Made by a program: the position numbers and the translations under genes. This document shows positions 37,073 through 46,351 of a DNA stretch of 64,000 nt, piece by piece. Source of the stretch: a virus (lineage: Duplodnaviria > Caudoviricetes). The stretch is taken from IMG/VR virus record IMGVR_UViG_3300005512_000003, one strand, 5' to 3'. The notes under the pieces are model-generated. The model had not been told where the DNA came from. It saw only the letters and a list, made by a program, of their open reading frames with translations, and did no database searches. Position 1 is the first letter of the stretch. Each line of letters starts with the position of its first letter.

Positions 37073-38440
37073 ATGGCACTTAATCCGTTTTTCCTACAAG
37101 GTTCACAGACTGAGCAAGGACTTGTTCAGGATCTCATCAACGAACAGTTGAGGATGTATGGTGTTGAGTGCTATTATATGCCAAGGTCTTTTGATACTAT
37201 AAAAACCATTATGGAAGAAGTTACTTCTTCCAGTTTTAATAATGCTATTCCTTTAGAAGCGTATGTTGAAAACTATGAGGGATATGAGGGACAAGGAAGT
37301 ATAATGAGTAAGTTTGGCATCCAACCTATGGATGACCTGACTTTAACTATTTCAAAAGAAAGATTTGAGCAGAAAGTTCAACCAGTTATTAAGAATGACC
37401 CCGTTGGTATATTATCAACTCGCCCTAAAGAGGGAGACTTAGTATATTTCCCTCTTGGGGACAGACTATTTGAGATTAAGTTTGTTGAGCACGAGCAACC
37501 ATTTTACCAGTTACAGAAAACGTATACTTATCAACTTAAGTGTGAACTCTTCCGCTACGAAGATGAGATAATTGATACTGGTGTCACTTTTGTGGATGAC
37601 AATGTTGAAGAAGAAGGTTACATTCAAGAACTCAAACTTGTTGGAGTTGGAACTACTGCAACTGCTGTAACAACTCTTGTTAATGGAGCGATTCAGCAAG
37701 TCTTCATTAATCAGGATGGCAATGGTTACACATTACCACCTCGTGTCGTAATAGGTAATCCTATATCTGCTGGAACAACAGCGTCTGCAGTTGCTATTGC
37801 CGCTACCAATGGTGGTCTTGACGCAGTTCAGTTTATTAATCCTGGTGCGGGATATACAAGTAATCCTGTCATATTCTTCTTCCCAACATCTACAGGTGGC
37901 GGTACAGGTGCTGCTGCAACAGTTGGTATCACCTCTAGTGGTGTTGGTATTGTCACGGTTACTGAAAAAGGTGCATTCTATACATCTGCTCCTACTATTA
38001 CATTCAGTGATCCTCCTGCGGGTGTTGGAAATACAGCAGCAACAGCGGTTGCTGTTATGGGAGGAACTCAAGTTCAGAGTATTCGTATTACAAACGCTGG
38101 TCGTGGATATACATCCGCACCAACTATTACGATTTCTGCACCTGCTACCTCTGGCCTTGGCACATACATCTTCAACGAAGAACTTATTGGAACAGCATCA
38201 AGTACAGTTGGAAGAGTCAAATCTTGGAATCCAGAAACAAGAACTGCAACTGTTGGAATCGTCACAGGATTTTTCCAAGTTGGAGAAACTATTCAAGGTC
38301 TTGAGTCTGGTGCTACTTACAGATTGGAAGAGCAACAGATTGATAACGTCATCGATGAGTATAACCAAAACCTTGACATTGAGACCGAAGCTGATGGAAT
38401 TCTCGATTTCACAGAGAGAAATCCATTCGGAGATGTTTGA
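37073..38440 (+). CDS. g14: neck protein gp14 (with central repeat insertion)
   Basis: EQGLVQDLINE..RPKEGDLVYFP..PFYQL..DFTERNPFG. Confidence 0.9.
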   Translation: MALNPFFLQGSQTEQGLVQDLINEQLRMYGVECYYMPRSFDTIKTIMEEVTSSSFNNAIPLEAYVENYEGYEGQGSIMSKFGIQPMDDLTLTISKERFEQKVQPVIKNDPVGILSTRPKEGDLVYFPLGDRLFEIKFVEHEQPFYQLQKTYTYQLKCELFRYEDEIIDTGVTFVDDNVEEEGYIQELKLVGVGTTATAVTTLVNGAIQQVFINQDGNGYTLPPRVVIGNPISAGTTASAVAIAATNGGLDAVQFINPGAGYTSNPVIFFFPTSTGGGTGAAATVGITSSGVGIVTVTEKGAFYTSAPTITFSDPPAGVGNTAATAVAVMGGTQVQSIRITNAGRGYTSAPTITISAPATSGLGTYIFNEELIGTASSTVGRVKSWNPETRTATVGIVTGFFQVGETIQGLESGATYRLEEQQIDNVIDEYNQNLDIETEADGILDFTERNPFGDV

Positions 38441-38476
38441 TTTTGTTAAATAGTTAGTAAATAGGGACACTATACG

Positions 38477-39526
38477 ATGTTTGAATATTTTTATCACCAA
38501 ATCTTAAGGAAGACTGTAGTCTCTTTTGGAACGTTATTTAATAACATTCTGATACGACACACAGATGCAAATGGCGCAGATGTAAGTGTCATGAAAGTTC
38601 CTTTGGCATATGGACCTACCGATAAGTTTCTTGCAAGGATTCAGCAAGCAGCAGACCTGAACAAACCTGTTCAACTGTCCCTCCCAAGAATGTCATTTGA
38701 GTTCATTGGACTCACTTATGACCCAAGTAGAAAAGTAACTACAACACAACATTTTAAGGCAGCTAGAAATCTTGGTGACAAGACAACTACCAAGAAAGTC
38801 TATATGCCTGTCCCTTATAATATGAGGTTTGAGTTGGCAATCATGGCAAAGAAGAATGATGATTGTTTGCAGATCATCGAACAGATTCTGCCATATTTCC
38901 AACCAGCATATACAATGACGGTTAACTTGATCTCTGATATTGGAGAGAAAAGAGACATTCCTGTGATCTTGGATGGCATCACCATGAGAGATGATTATGA
39001 TGGCGATTTCAACCAAAGAAGAGTCTTATATTACACTCTAACATTTACTGCAAAAACATATCTGTTTGGTCCTGTTGCTTCTGCATCTGGAGTTATCAAG
39101 AAGGCAACTATCGATTACATGACTGGAATCGATCAAAATCAAGCAAGGAGAGAACAGCGTTACAGTGTCACTCCCCGTGCTGTTCGCGATTACAACGTTG
39201 ATCAAACCACAACGTTTATAGAGAATGTAACCAAGACAGAGACTATCATTGATGTAAGTAGTGTAAGTGGTCTCACTGAAAAATCATACATTAATGTTGA
39301 TGGTGAGCAAATGCGTATCAAGAAAATTGATGGCACCAAGATTGTTGTTGAAAGGGGTATGGATGGAACGGAAGCGATTGAGCACGGTGTAGGTGCATAT
39401 GTCAACGTCGTCAACACTGACGATGATGTATTGATTGAAGTTGGAGATGATTTCGGGTTCAATGAAACATTATCGTTCTTCCAAGACTTTAAAGAATATA
39501 GTCCATCTCAAGGTGAGGATATCTGA
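38477..39526 (+). CDS. g15: tail sheath stabilizer/terminator gp15
   Basis: YFYHQILRK..FGTLFN..VPLAYGP..LPRMSFE..EQILPYFQP. Confidence 0.95.
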   Translation: MFEYFYHQILRKTVVSFGTLFNNILIRHTDANGADVSVMKVPLAYGPTDKFLARIQQAADLNKPVQLSLPRMSFEFIGLTYDPSRKVTTTQHFKAARNLGDKTTTKKVYMPVPYNMRFELAIMAKKNDDCLQIIEQILPYFQPAYTMTVNLISDIGEKRDIPVILDGITMRDDYDGDFNQRRVLYYTLTFTAKTYLFGPVASASGVIKKATIDYMTGIDQNQARREQRYSVTPRAVRDYNVDQTTTFIENVTKTETIIDVSSVSGLTEKSYINVDGEQMRIKKIDGTKIVVERGMDGTEAIEHGVGAYVNVVNTDDDVLIEVGDDFGFNETLSFFQDFKEYSPSQGEDI

Positions 39527-39942
39527 TGAAGACTGATAAACTTGACGAAGTATTTAATGTAAGTCCTACAGAAATTGTGGAGACTAATGTCGAAGAACCT
39601 GCCATTATTAAAAAGTTAAAATCAGAAAAAACAGACGTTCAAAAAGATTATGAATACACCAGAGGAAACTTATATTCTCTGATTGAAAAGGGTCAAGAAG
39701 CAGTGAATGGTATTCTTGAACTGGCACAAGAAAGTGAAATGCCAAGAGCATATGAAGTTGCTGGACAACTAATCAAAAACGTTGCTGATGCGACAGACAA
39801 GTTGATAGATCTCCAGAAAAAGTTAAAAGACATCGAAGAAGAATCACCAAAAGGACCAACAAATGTAACAAATGCCCTATTTGTTGGTTCTACAGCAGAA
39901 CTTCAAAAACTCTTAAAATCTAAGGACCTAAATAATCAATAA
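39526..39942 (+). CDS. g16: terminase small subunit gp16
   Basis: DYEYTRGNLY..PRAYEVAGQLIK..FVGSTAELQK. Confidence 0.95.
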   Translation: MKTDKLDEVFNVSPTEIVETNVEEPAIIKKLKSEKTDVQKDYEYTRGNLYSLIEKGQEAVNGILELAQESEMPRAYEVAGQLIKNVADATDKLIDLQKKLKDIEEESPKGPTNVTNALFVGSTAELQKLLKSKDLNNQ

Positions 39943-39953
39943 AACCATAAATC

Positions 39954-40286
39954 ATGGCAGCGAGATCAGTCAATCTAACAGTAGAACAGGGAACTGATTT
40001 TACTACTACATTTACCATCAAAAACCCTGATGGTACAGTGTTACCATTGACTGGTTATTCTTGCGAAGCAAAACTAGGCAAACATCCATCCGCTTCTTCA
40101 ACTACATCATTCACCGTTTCCATAACTGCAGCATCTGGAAAAATTACCTTAACGTTAACCAACTCAGTAACTGCAGATTTAAAACCTGGAAGATATTACT
40201 ATGATGTTGTGATTGAAAGTTCTGGTGGATCAAAAACTAGAGTTATTGAAGGTATGGTTTTAGTCACTGCTGGACTTGCTTCCTAA
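39954..40286 (+). CDS. Ig-like (BppU-type) virion protein
   Basis: NLTVEQGTDF..LTGY..GRYYYDVVI..RVIEG. Confidence 0.65.
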   Translation: MAARSVNLTVEQGTDFTTTFTIKNPDGTVLPLTGYSCEAKLGKHPSASSTTSFTVSITAASGKITLTLTNSVTADLKPGRYYYDVVIESSGGSKTRVIEGMVLVTAGLAS

Positions 40287-40651
40287 TGGCAGATTACGAC
40301 ATTAGTCTAGATAGTACATCATTAGATATCGTCTTAGATAAAGATAGTTCTCTTGTCGAAGGTGGTAGTTCATTTGATGCAACTTTATCCGAAACAGAAG
40401 TGGCAAACAAATTTACGGATCTTACCGACGTAAGCATTAATCAAAATAATCTTGATTCAACAAGGACAAACTATGTCGTTGTTTATGATAACTCGGTTGG
40501 TGCGTTTAGGTTAGTAGATCCAGACCAAGTATTGATTGCAGCTGCATCTTCAACAGGAAATGTTGGATACGCAGGTCTTCCTACTTCATTCATTAGTCAA
40601 CTTGATCAGGATCTTGACCAGAAAATTGACCTTGATGGTGGCTCTTTTTAG
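40286..40651 (+). CDS. hypothetical virion/fibre-associated protein
   Basis: FTDLTDV..; ends LDGGSF like the next gene. Confidence 0.65.
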   Translation: MADYDISLDSTSLDIVLDKDSSLVEGGSSFDATLSETEVANKFTDLTDVSINQNNLDSTRTNYVVVYDNSVGAFRLVDPDQVLIAAASSTGNVGYAGLPTSFISQLDQDLDQKIDLDGGSF

Positions 40652-40711
40652 TATTATACCTTACTTCATGTTATAAAATCAATAAATACTACTAAAAGGT
40701 AAAGTATAGAA

Positions 40712-42700
40712 ATGGCATCTCCAGTTCTACAGATAAAAAGAGGTTTATTAGCAAACCTTCCTGCTTTGAGAGCAGGTGAGCCTGGTTTTGCTACCGACAG
40801 TTCAGACTTTTACATTGGTCTAACCTCACAATCAGCAAATAACAAGTTTTTTGGTTCTTCTCGATATTGGACTAAAGAAACAACCACCGTTGGTAGTGCA
40901 GTTAATCTGGTAGAAGGAACTGACAACGGTGCAAACTATGTTGCTTTAAAATCTCCAGATGCCGTTGCGACAAACGTTACCTATACTCTACCAGGAGCAC
41001 ACGGTGCTAACGGAACAGTTCTAACTCAAGACGGTAGTGGAAACCTAAGTTGGACTGCTGGGTCCGTTAACGCAACGTTCTCTGGTATTTCGTCCTTTAC
41101 AGACACAACAGATTCAACAACTACAGGAAACGGTGCCATCATCGTCTCTGGTGGTATGGGCATTGCCAAAAATGTCAACGTTGGAGCGGCATTTTCAGTT
41201 GGCGGAAATACAACATTAACTGGAATTACGACGATTGTATCCAGTGAAGATATCGCTCTTCAAGTTGAGGGTGGAGTAGATATTGATAAGAACGTTAATA
41301 TTGCAGGTAGTGAATACGTTGGTGGAGACCTTTATGTTGTTGGCGTTTCAACCTTTGAAGGCACCGTAACATTCCAAGGCGGAACCATCAATCTTGGTGA
41401 CTCTGATTCAGATGATATTAACGTTTCAGGTGAGTTTATCTCTGACCTGAAACCAAATGCCAATGATACATTTGATATTGGTGTCAACGGAAAGGCATGG
41501 AGAAATGCTAACTTTGCTGGAGTCGGCACATTTGCATCGGGTGCCATTGCTGACGCAATCCAGATTGGAATCACTGCTGCTGCAGAAATCGATACATCTG
41601 CTGGAGACTTAACTCTTGACTCCGCTGGTGGTCAGGTAATCATTGATGATAAGTTAAGTGTTGCTGGTATCGCAACTCTGACCTCTGGTGCAATATCTAA
41701 CAATATTCAGATTGGTATTTCATCTGCTGGAGAGATTGATACTTCAAGTGGAGATCTGATTCTTGACTCTGCAGGTGGAGACGTATTTGTTGAAGATAAT
41801 CTTCACGTTACTGGAACTCTGAATGCATCAGGTGCAATCACTCAAGCATCTGGTGAAGCAACCTTTGCTTCTGCAACAGTAAGTGATTTAACTGCTGAAA
41901 GAGTTGTTCTTGCAGGAACCTCTGGTGCATTAGAAGATAGTGCAAACCTCGTATACAGTGCTGGTGGATTAAGAGTTGGTGCAGGTGGCATTAATGTCAC
42001 TGGTGTTTCAACATTCTCTGCAGCGGTTGTTGTTGGTGGTGACCTGAGAGTTAATGGTAATGACCTTCAGGCATCTGATGGAAATACCAACATCACGATG
42101 ACCTCTAATACTTTGACCACCGTTGCTGGTGATCTCAAAGTTGGTGGTAATGACATTCAGGCATCGGATGGAAATAATAACATCACGATGACCTCCAACA
42201 CGTTAACTGCTTTCGCAGGTGACATTCAAGTTGGTGGTAACGACATTAAAGCAAGTAATGGTACAACTGCGATTACTGTTACCACTGATGGTGGTGCTAG
42301 TGTTGCACAAAACCTGACTGTTACTGGAAACCTCTTTGTTAACGGTTCAACAACTCAGGTTAATACAACTTCTCTGACAGTCGAAGACTCTCTGATTGAA
42401 GTTGGAATGGTTGATGGCAGTGCTCCTGGTTCAGATCTTAACAAGGATCTTGGTTTACTTCTGAACTACTACAGCGGTTCCGCTAAGAAAGCAGCAGTTT
42501 ATTGGGATGATTCAGTCAGCAGAATCGTAGTTGCTTCAGATGTTTCAGAATCATCAAGTGTTCTGACTGCTACTACGTATGCAGCATTTGAGATCGGTTC
42601 ACTCTATGTGAACGACTGCTCTGGAGGATCTCAAGTTATTTCATGTACTGGTGATACAAGAAACTTAGAAAATATCACAATAGATGCTGGATCGTTCTAA
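40712..42700 (+). CDS. tail-fibre-like structural protein with internal repeats
   Basis: N-terminal QIKRG..LP.L..GEPGF.TD (Mtd_N-like); G/S/T/V-rich; ends IDAGSF. Confidence 0.75.
   Translation: MASPVLQIKRGLLANLPALRAGEPGFATDSSDFYIGLTSQSANNKFFGSSRYWTKETTTVGSAVNLVEGTDNGANYVALKSPDAVATNVTYTLPGAHGANGTVLTQDGSGNLSWTAGSVNATFSGISSFTDTTDSTTTGNGAIIVSGGMGIAKNVNVGAAFSVGGNTTLTGITTIVSSEDIALQVEGGVDIDKNVNIAGSEYVGGDLYVVGVSTFEGTVTFQGGTINLGDSDSDDINVSGEFISDLKPNANDTFDIGVNGKAWRNANFAGVGTFASGAIADAIQIGITAAAEIDTSAGDLTLDSAGGQVIIDDKLSVAGIATLTSGAISNNIQIGISSAGEIDTSSGDLILDSAGGDVFVEDNLHVTGTLNASGAITQASGEATFASATVSDLTAERVVLAGTSGALEDSANLVYSAGGLRVGAGGINVTGVSTFSAAVVVGGDLRVNGNDLQASDGNTNITMTSNTLTTVAGDLKVGGNDIQASDGNNNITMTSNTLTAFAGDIQVGGNDIKASNGTTAITVTTDGGASVAQNLTVTGNLFVNGSTTQVNTTSLTVEDSLIEVGMVDGSAPGSDLNKDLGLLLNYYSGSAKKAAVYWDDSVSRIVVASDVSESSSVLTATTYAAFEIGSLYVNDCSGGSQVISCTGDTRNLENITIDAGSF
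42038..42290 (+). repeat. 90-bp (30-aa) tandem repeat, about 3 copies, in fibre gene
   Basis: GDLRVNGNDLQASDG / GDLKVGGNDIQASDG / GDIQVGGNDIKASNG at 42038, 42128, 42218. Confidence 0.9.
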
Positions 42701-42720
42701 TCCAACTAAAATCTAAATAT

Positions 42721-42747
42721 AAGGGTGGAGAAATCCACCCTTTTTTA
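42721..42747 (+). terminator. rho-independent terminator
   Basis: AAGGGTGGA-GAAA-TCCACCCTT followed by T-run. Confidence 0.85.
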
Positions 42748-42760
42748 TTAGGTATATGAA

Positions 42761-42967
42761 ATGAATGAACAAGATCTTCAGTATTTACTAAAAGCATATC
42801 AAGATAAAACATTTGATTTGACTACACAATCTGTTGCTCTTCAGGCAAAAATAAACAAGTTAACTGATGTAAATGCAGAACTTGGCAAACGAGTTCAAGA
42901 GCAGCAAGAGGAGATCAAAAAACTAGAGACAAGATTATCTCGGAGAAAATCAAATGAAACCTCTTAA
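42761..42967 (+). CDS. coiled-coil hypothetical protein (possible fibre chaperone)
   Basis: 68 aa with heptad pattern. Confidence 0.65.
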   Translation: MNEQDLQYLLKAYQDKTFDLTTQSVALQAKINKLTDVNAELGKRVQEQQEEIKKLETRLSRRKSNETS

Positions 42968-43523
42968 AATTGTTGCTATTGGTGTAGGTGGACTGATTGG
43001 AGTTGCTCACATAGGACTCATCGGTTATGTTTTGAAACCACAAGCATCGGTACAGCAACCACCAACATTCAACCTTCCTCGTGGTCCATATTCATCCTAC
43101 AAAATTAAAGCAGGAAAGGATGGATATGAGATTGAGTATCGTGCTAATGATCCTAAGATTCTTGAGTCAGAAAGATCTTTGGAACTTGATAAAGAAAAGA
43201 AAGGATTGTTTGGTGGTGGAACTGAAAAGAGAACTGAGTATCGTCGTGACCAATACACCATGGACGGAACACGTAACATGGGAGGAGGTGCGACTACAGA
43301 AGAGGGAAAGTCTGCGAAAGACGTAGAGTGCATCGTGGCGGACGCTGGAGCACGGTCACAAGGTGCAATGGCAGGTAGTGCTATCGCTGCTGGTGTCGCT
43401 GTTCCTGCGCTCTCTAGCATCCCTTACGTTGGATGGTTAGCAGGTGGTTGGGCATTGCTACTGGGTCAGCAAGCAGGATCTGCGATTGGTTCTGAAGTTG
43501 GATCGGCATTTAACGACTGCTAA
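42954..43523 (+). CDS. membrane-associated hypothetical protein
   Basis: N-terminal TM segment; C-terminal Gly/Ala zipper. Confidence 0.75.
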   Translation: MKPLKIVAIGVGGLIGVAHIGLIGYVLKPQASVQQPPTFNLPRGPYSSYKIKAGKDGYEIEYRANDPKILESERSLELDKEKKGLFGGGTEKRTEYRRDQYTMDGTRNMGGGATTEEGKSAKDVECIVADAGARSQGAMAGSAIAAGVAVPALSSIPYVGWLAGGWALLLGQQAGSAIGSEVGSAFNDC

Positions 43524-43550
43524 ATAAAGAATATGTCTCATTTATAGACA

Positions 43551-45194
43551 ATGAAGTGCAAACCAGGATATTATTATTGTCATACTGACGAAAAGTGCAA
43601 ACCAATTTCAAAGGGTATGAAAATGACCGCTAGATTTAGCGGCAATGGAAAAGAACCCACTGAAGTTGCTAATGGCACTCCAGTTGAAAATGGTGAAACA
43701 TCCAATGGTAATGGTGGAAACGGAATGTCTGAAGAAACCAAAAAAGATCATGAATACTCTATGGCACGTTCAGAACTGAAGACGGTTATGAACGCTGCAA
43801 AACGCCTCAATAAAAAGATGGGTAAAAAAGGAGAGGGCGAACTTAAAGCATGGGTTCAATCAAAGATTACCAAAGCAGCAGACTACATTGATACTGCAGC
43901 AGACTATGTAACAAATGAAGAGACTGTCAGTGAAGAAGGGTTGCGTGATTGGTTTGGTAAGTCCAAATCAAAAGACGGAAAATCTGGTTGGGTCAATGTT
44001 GTAACAGGCGGAACCTGTGCAAGTGATGAACCTGGAGAGGGAACTCCCAAGTGTGTTTCTTCTGCAAAAAGAGCAAGTATGACTAAAGCAGAGAGACTAT
44101 CTGCTCAAAGAAGAAAGAAGAAAGCAGATCCTGGTCAGCAGCAAAAAACAGGTGCTGCTAAACCAACATATGTTTCTACAGATCCCAAAAAGAAAATGAA
44201 AAAAGAAGAAGTAGAAGTAACAGAAGCAAAGGATAAGAAAGGTAAGGGTAGTGGCAAGAAAGATGCTTGCTATCATAAGGTCAAGTCACGTTATAGTGTC
44301 TGGCCTTCTGCATATGCATCAGGTGCTTTAGTTAAGTGCCGTAAAAAAGGTGCTGCTAACTGGGGCAATAAGTCAGAAGAAACTCAAATGTGTGCTCATA
44401 CCAAGAAAGGTAAGGATTGCCCAATCCACGGCCAAGAGATGTGTCCAGACAAACCAATGGACGAAGCGAAAAAGTGTTGGCCTGGTTATGAGAAGAAAGG
44501 CACCAAGATGATGTTTGGTAAGCGTTATAATAACTGCGTTAAGAAAGAAGAGTATTCTGATTGGAGGTCAGAACTCGCAGAAAGAAACATCGAACTTACT
44601 GATGCATATGGTAATTCATTTGCAACAATCGTTGATGTTGTAAAACCAGAACCTCTCAAGGCAACAAAGCAAACTGTTGAGTGGGAACTCTTAGATGATC
44701 TGGAAGCAATCACATCTTCAGAAGTTGTACCAGTTGAAGAAGCAGTTCGTATTCCTGCAAAGACGGGCAATATCATTCTGGTAACTCTCTCTTGGAGAGG
44801 GAAGTTCTATATGATCAAGATGTTCTTCCCCCAGATCTCTAAACCAAGCAGAAGTGATGTTCAACTGCAGATTGATAAGGTTTATCCTGGTGCAAGAGTC
44901 AACTCTTACTACATATCTGAAGTAAAACCAGGCGAGCAGTTCTTACAAACTGAAGACTGGCAGAAAAAGTCTGGTAAGAATCCTGAAGGCGGACTAAATG
45001 AAAAGGGTAGAAAGTCTTATGAAAGACAAAACCCAGGAAGTGATCTCAAGAGACCTTCAAAGGAGGTTGGTAATAAGAGACGTGCATCATTCTGTGCAAG
45101 AATGAAAGGCATGAAGAAAAAACTGACTTCTGCAAAGACTGCTAACGATCCCGATAGCAGAATCAATAAGTCCCTTAGAGCGTGGAACTGCTGA
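43551..45194 (+). CDS. multi-module Lys-rich protein, putative internal head protein
   Basis: Late promoter at 43520; basic modules separated by x-x-E sites. Confidence 0.7.
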   Translation: MKCKPGYYYCHTDEKCKPISKGMKMTARFSGNGKEPTEVANGTPVENGETSNGNGGNGMSEETKKDHEYSMARSELKTVMNAAKRLNKKMGKKGEGELKAWVQSKITKAADYIDTAADYVTNEETVSEEGLRDWFGKSKSKDGKSGWVNVVTGGTCASDEPGEGTPKCVSSAKRASMTKAERLSAQRRKKKADPGQQQKTGAAKPTYVSTDPKKKMKKEEVEVTEAKDKKGKGSGKKDACYHKVKSRYSVWPSAYASGALVKCRKKGAANWGNKSEETQMCAHTKKGKDCPIHGQEMCPDKPMDEAKKCWPGYEKKGTKMMFGKRYNNCVKKEEYSDWRSELAERNIELTDAYGNSFATIVDVVKPEPLKATKQTVEWELLDDLEAITSSEVVPVEEAVRIPAKTGNIILVTLSWRGKFYMIKMFFPQISKPSRSDVQLQIDKVYPGARVNSYYISEVKPGEQFLQTEDWQKKSGKNPEGGLNEKGRKSYERQNPGSDLKRPSKEVGNKRRASFCARMKGMKKKLTSAKTANDPDSRINKSLRAWNC

Positions 45195-45195
45195 T

Positions 45196-45501
45196 ATGAA
45201 AAGTTTTAAACAGTTTATATCAGAAAGCATCACCATTAATGGTGATTTTAACGGAACCCTAAATGTAGGTGGTTCCGAACCAGAGCAAGCACAAGAGTCA
45301 TTCTTTGCTGATATAGTTTGGGAGGGTAAGTTATACCGTCTTGAAATTGAAGGTCAGATGATGCAAAAGAATGAAATAGCAGAGCAAATTCAAGACGAAT
45401 ACCCAGGTGCAATTGTTCATAATGTTTATCCTGGAGAAGCGCCATCAAGAATTAAAAGTGCAAAAAAATATCAACCAGAAAGACTAAGTTGGAGTGACTG
45501 A
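45196..45501 (+). CDS. putative internal head protein with capsid-targeting sequence
   Basis: N-terminus MKSFKQFISE resembles the T4 IP CTS MKTYQEFIAE. Confidence 0.65.
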   Translation: MKSFKQFISESITINGDFNGTLNVGGSEPEQAQESFFADIVWEGKLYRLEIEGQMMQKNEIAEQIQDEYPGAIVHNVYPGEAPSRIKSAKKYQPERLSWSD

Positions 45502-45503
45502 TT

Positions 45504-46340
45504 ATGGCTCAGTGGAATAAAATAAATCAAGACTATCTTAACCAAGAGAGGAGTCTTTTTGAAGTTTTTATATGTGCGGACCAGTTTGGTAATATTGGTG
45601 CTTGTGGAGGCAACACTCAGTTTGAACTGAATGTCTCTGCTGGTATTATGACTGAGATGGCAAACGTTCATAAGTTTGGCGCGGTTGTTTCAACAGCAGC
45701 AACTTATGATACAGTTTGGTCTGAAGGTGGTGCTTATGAGTTTCCTGCAGGTGCTGGAACAATAACTGTAGTTTCAACAAGTACTCAAGATAGTTCAGTT
45801 GGAACTGGAGCATCTTCAATCACAGTTCAAGGTCTTGACGGGGACTACAATGAAGTGCAAGAAACTCTTTCTCTCAATGGAACAACTGATGTTACAGGAA
45901 CTGTCAGTTTCTTAAGAACTCATAGGGCATTTATTGATAGTGGAAATACAAACGCAGGAGATATCACTGTTTCTATTGGTAGTACTGTGCATTGTGCTAT
46001 AGCGGCAGATATGGGACAGTCTCAGGTTTCTTTTTATACAGTGCCTGCGGGAAAATCTGCATTCTTAAAACAGTTCACAGCAACTCAAAATAAAAATCAA
46101 GAAAATGCTGTTAGAATGTTCCAAAGGCAATATCAAGAAGGAACAACAAAACCTTTTCGTTTAGTAACAGAACTAAATTTATATGGAAGTAACTTTATTA
46201 AACCATATAGTTATCCAATATTTTTTCCAGAAAAAACTGACATTGAAGTGAGGGCGTACACTGGAAGTAACTGTTCGGTTTCTTGTACGTTTGATCTTTT
46301 AGTTGCCGATAGTGCTTCTATTGGCATTGGAACAACCTGA
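45504..46340 (+). CDS. hypothetical virion protein
   Basis: 278 aa, beta-rich, HKFG..YTVPAGK..PEKTDIE. Confidence 0.7.
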   Translation: MAQWNKINQDYLNQERSLFEVFICADQFGNIGACGGNTQFELNVSAGIMTEMANVHKFGAVVSTAATYDTVWSEGGAYEFPAGAGTITVVSTSTQDSSVGTGASSITVQGLDGDYNEVQETLSLNGTTDVTGTVSFLRTHRAFIDSGNTNAGDITVSIGSTVHCAIAADMGQSQVSFYTVPAGKSAFLKQFTATQNKNQENAVRMFQRQYQEGTTKPFRLVTELNLYGSNFIKPYSYPIFFPEKTDIEVRAYTGSNCSVSCTFDLLVADSASIGIGTT

Positions 46341-46351
46341 TAGGAGTTTTT

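Noticed and set aside
37791-38453. 220-aa alternative-frame ORF inside g14
   Set aside because: Leu/Gln-rich frame-shifted readout of Thr/Ala/Gly codons; no start context.
40712-42700. Diversity-generating retroelement target (Mtd-like N-terminus)
   Set aside because: No reverse transcriptase and no TR/VR pair differing only at adenines; the repeats differ mainly at synonymous positions.
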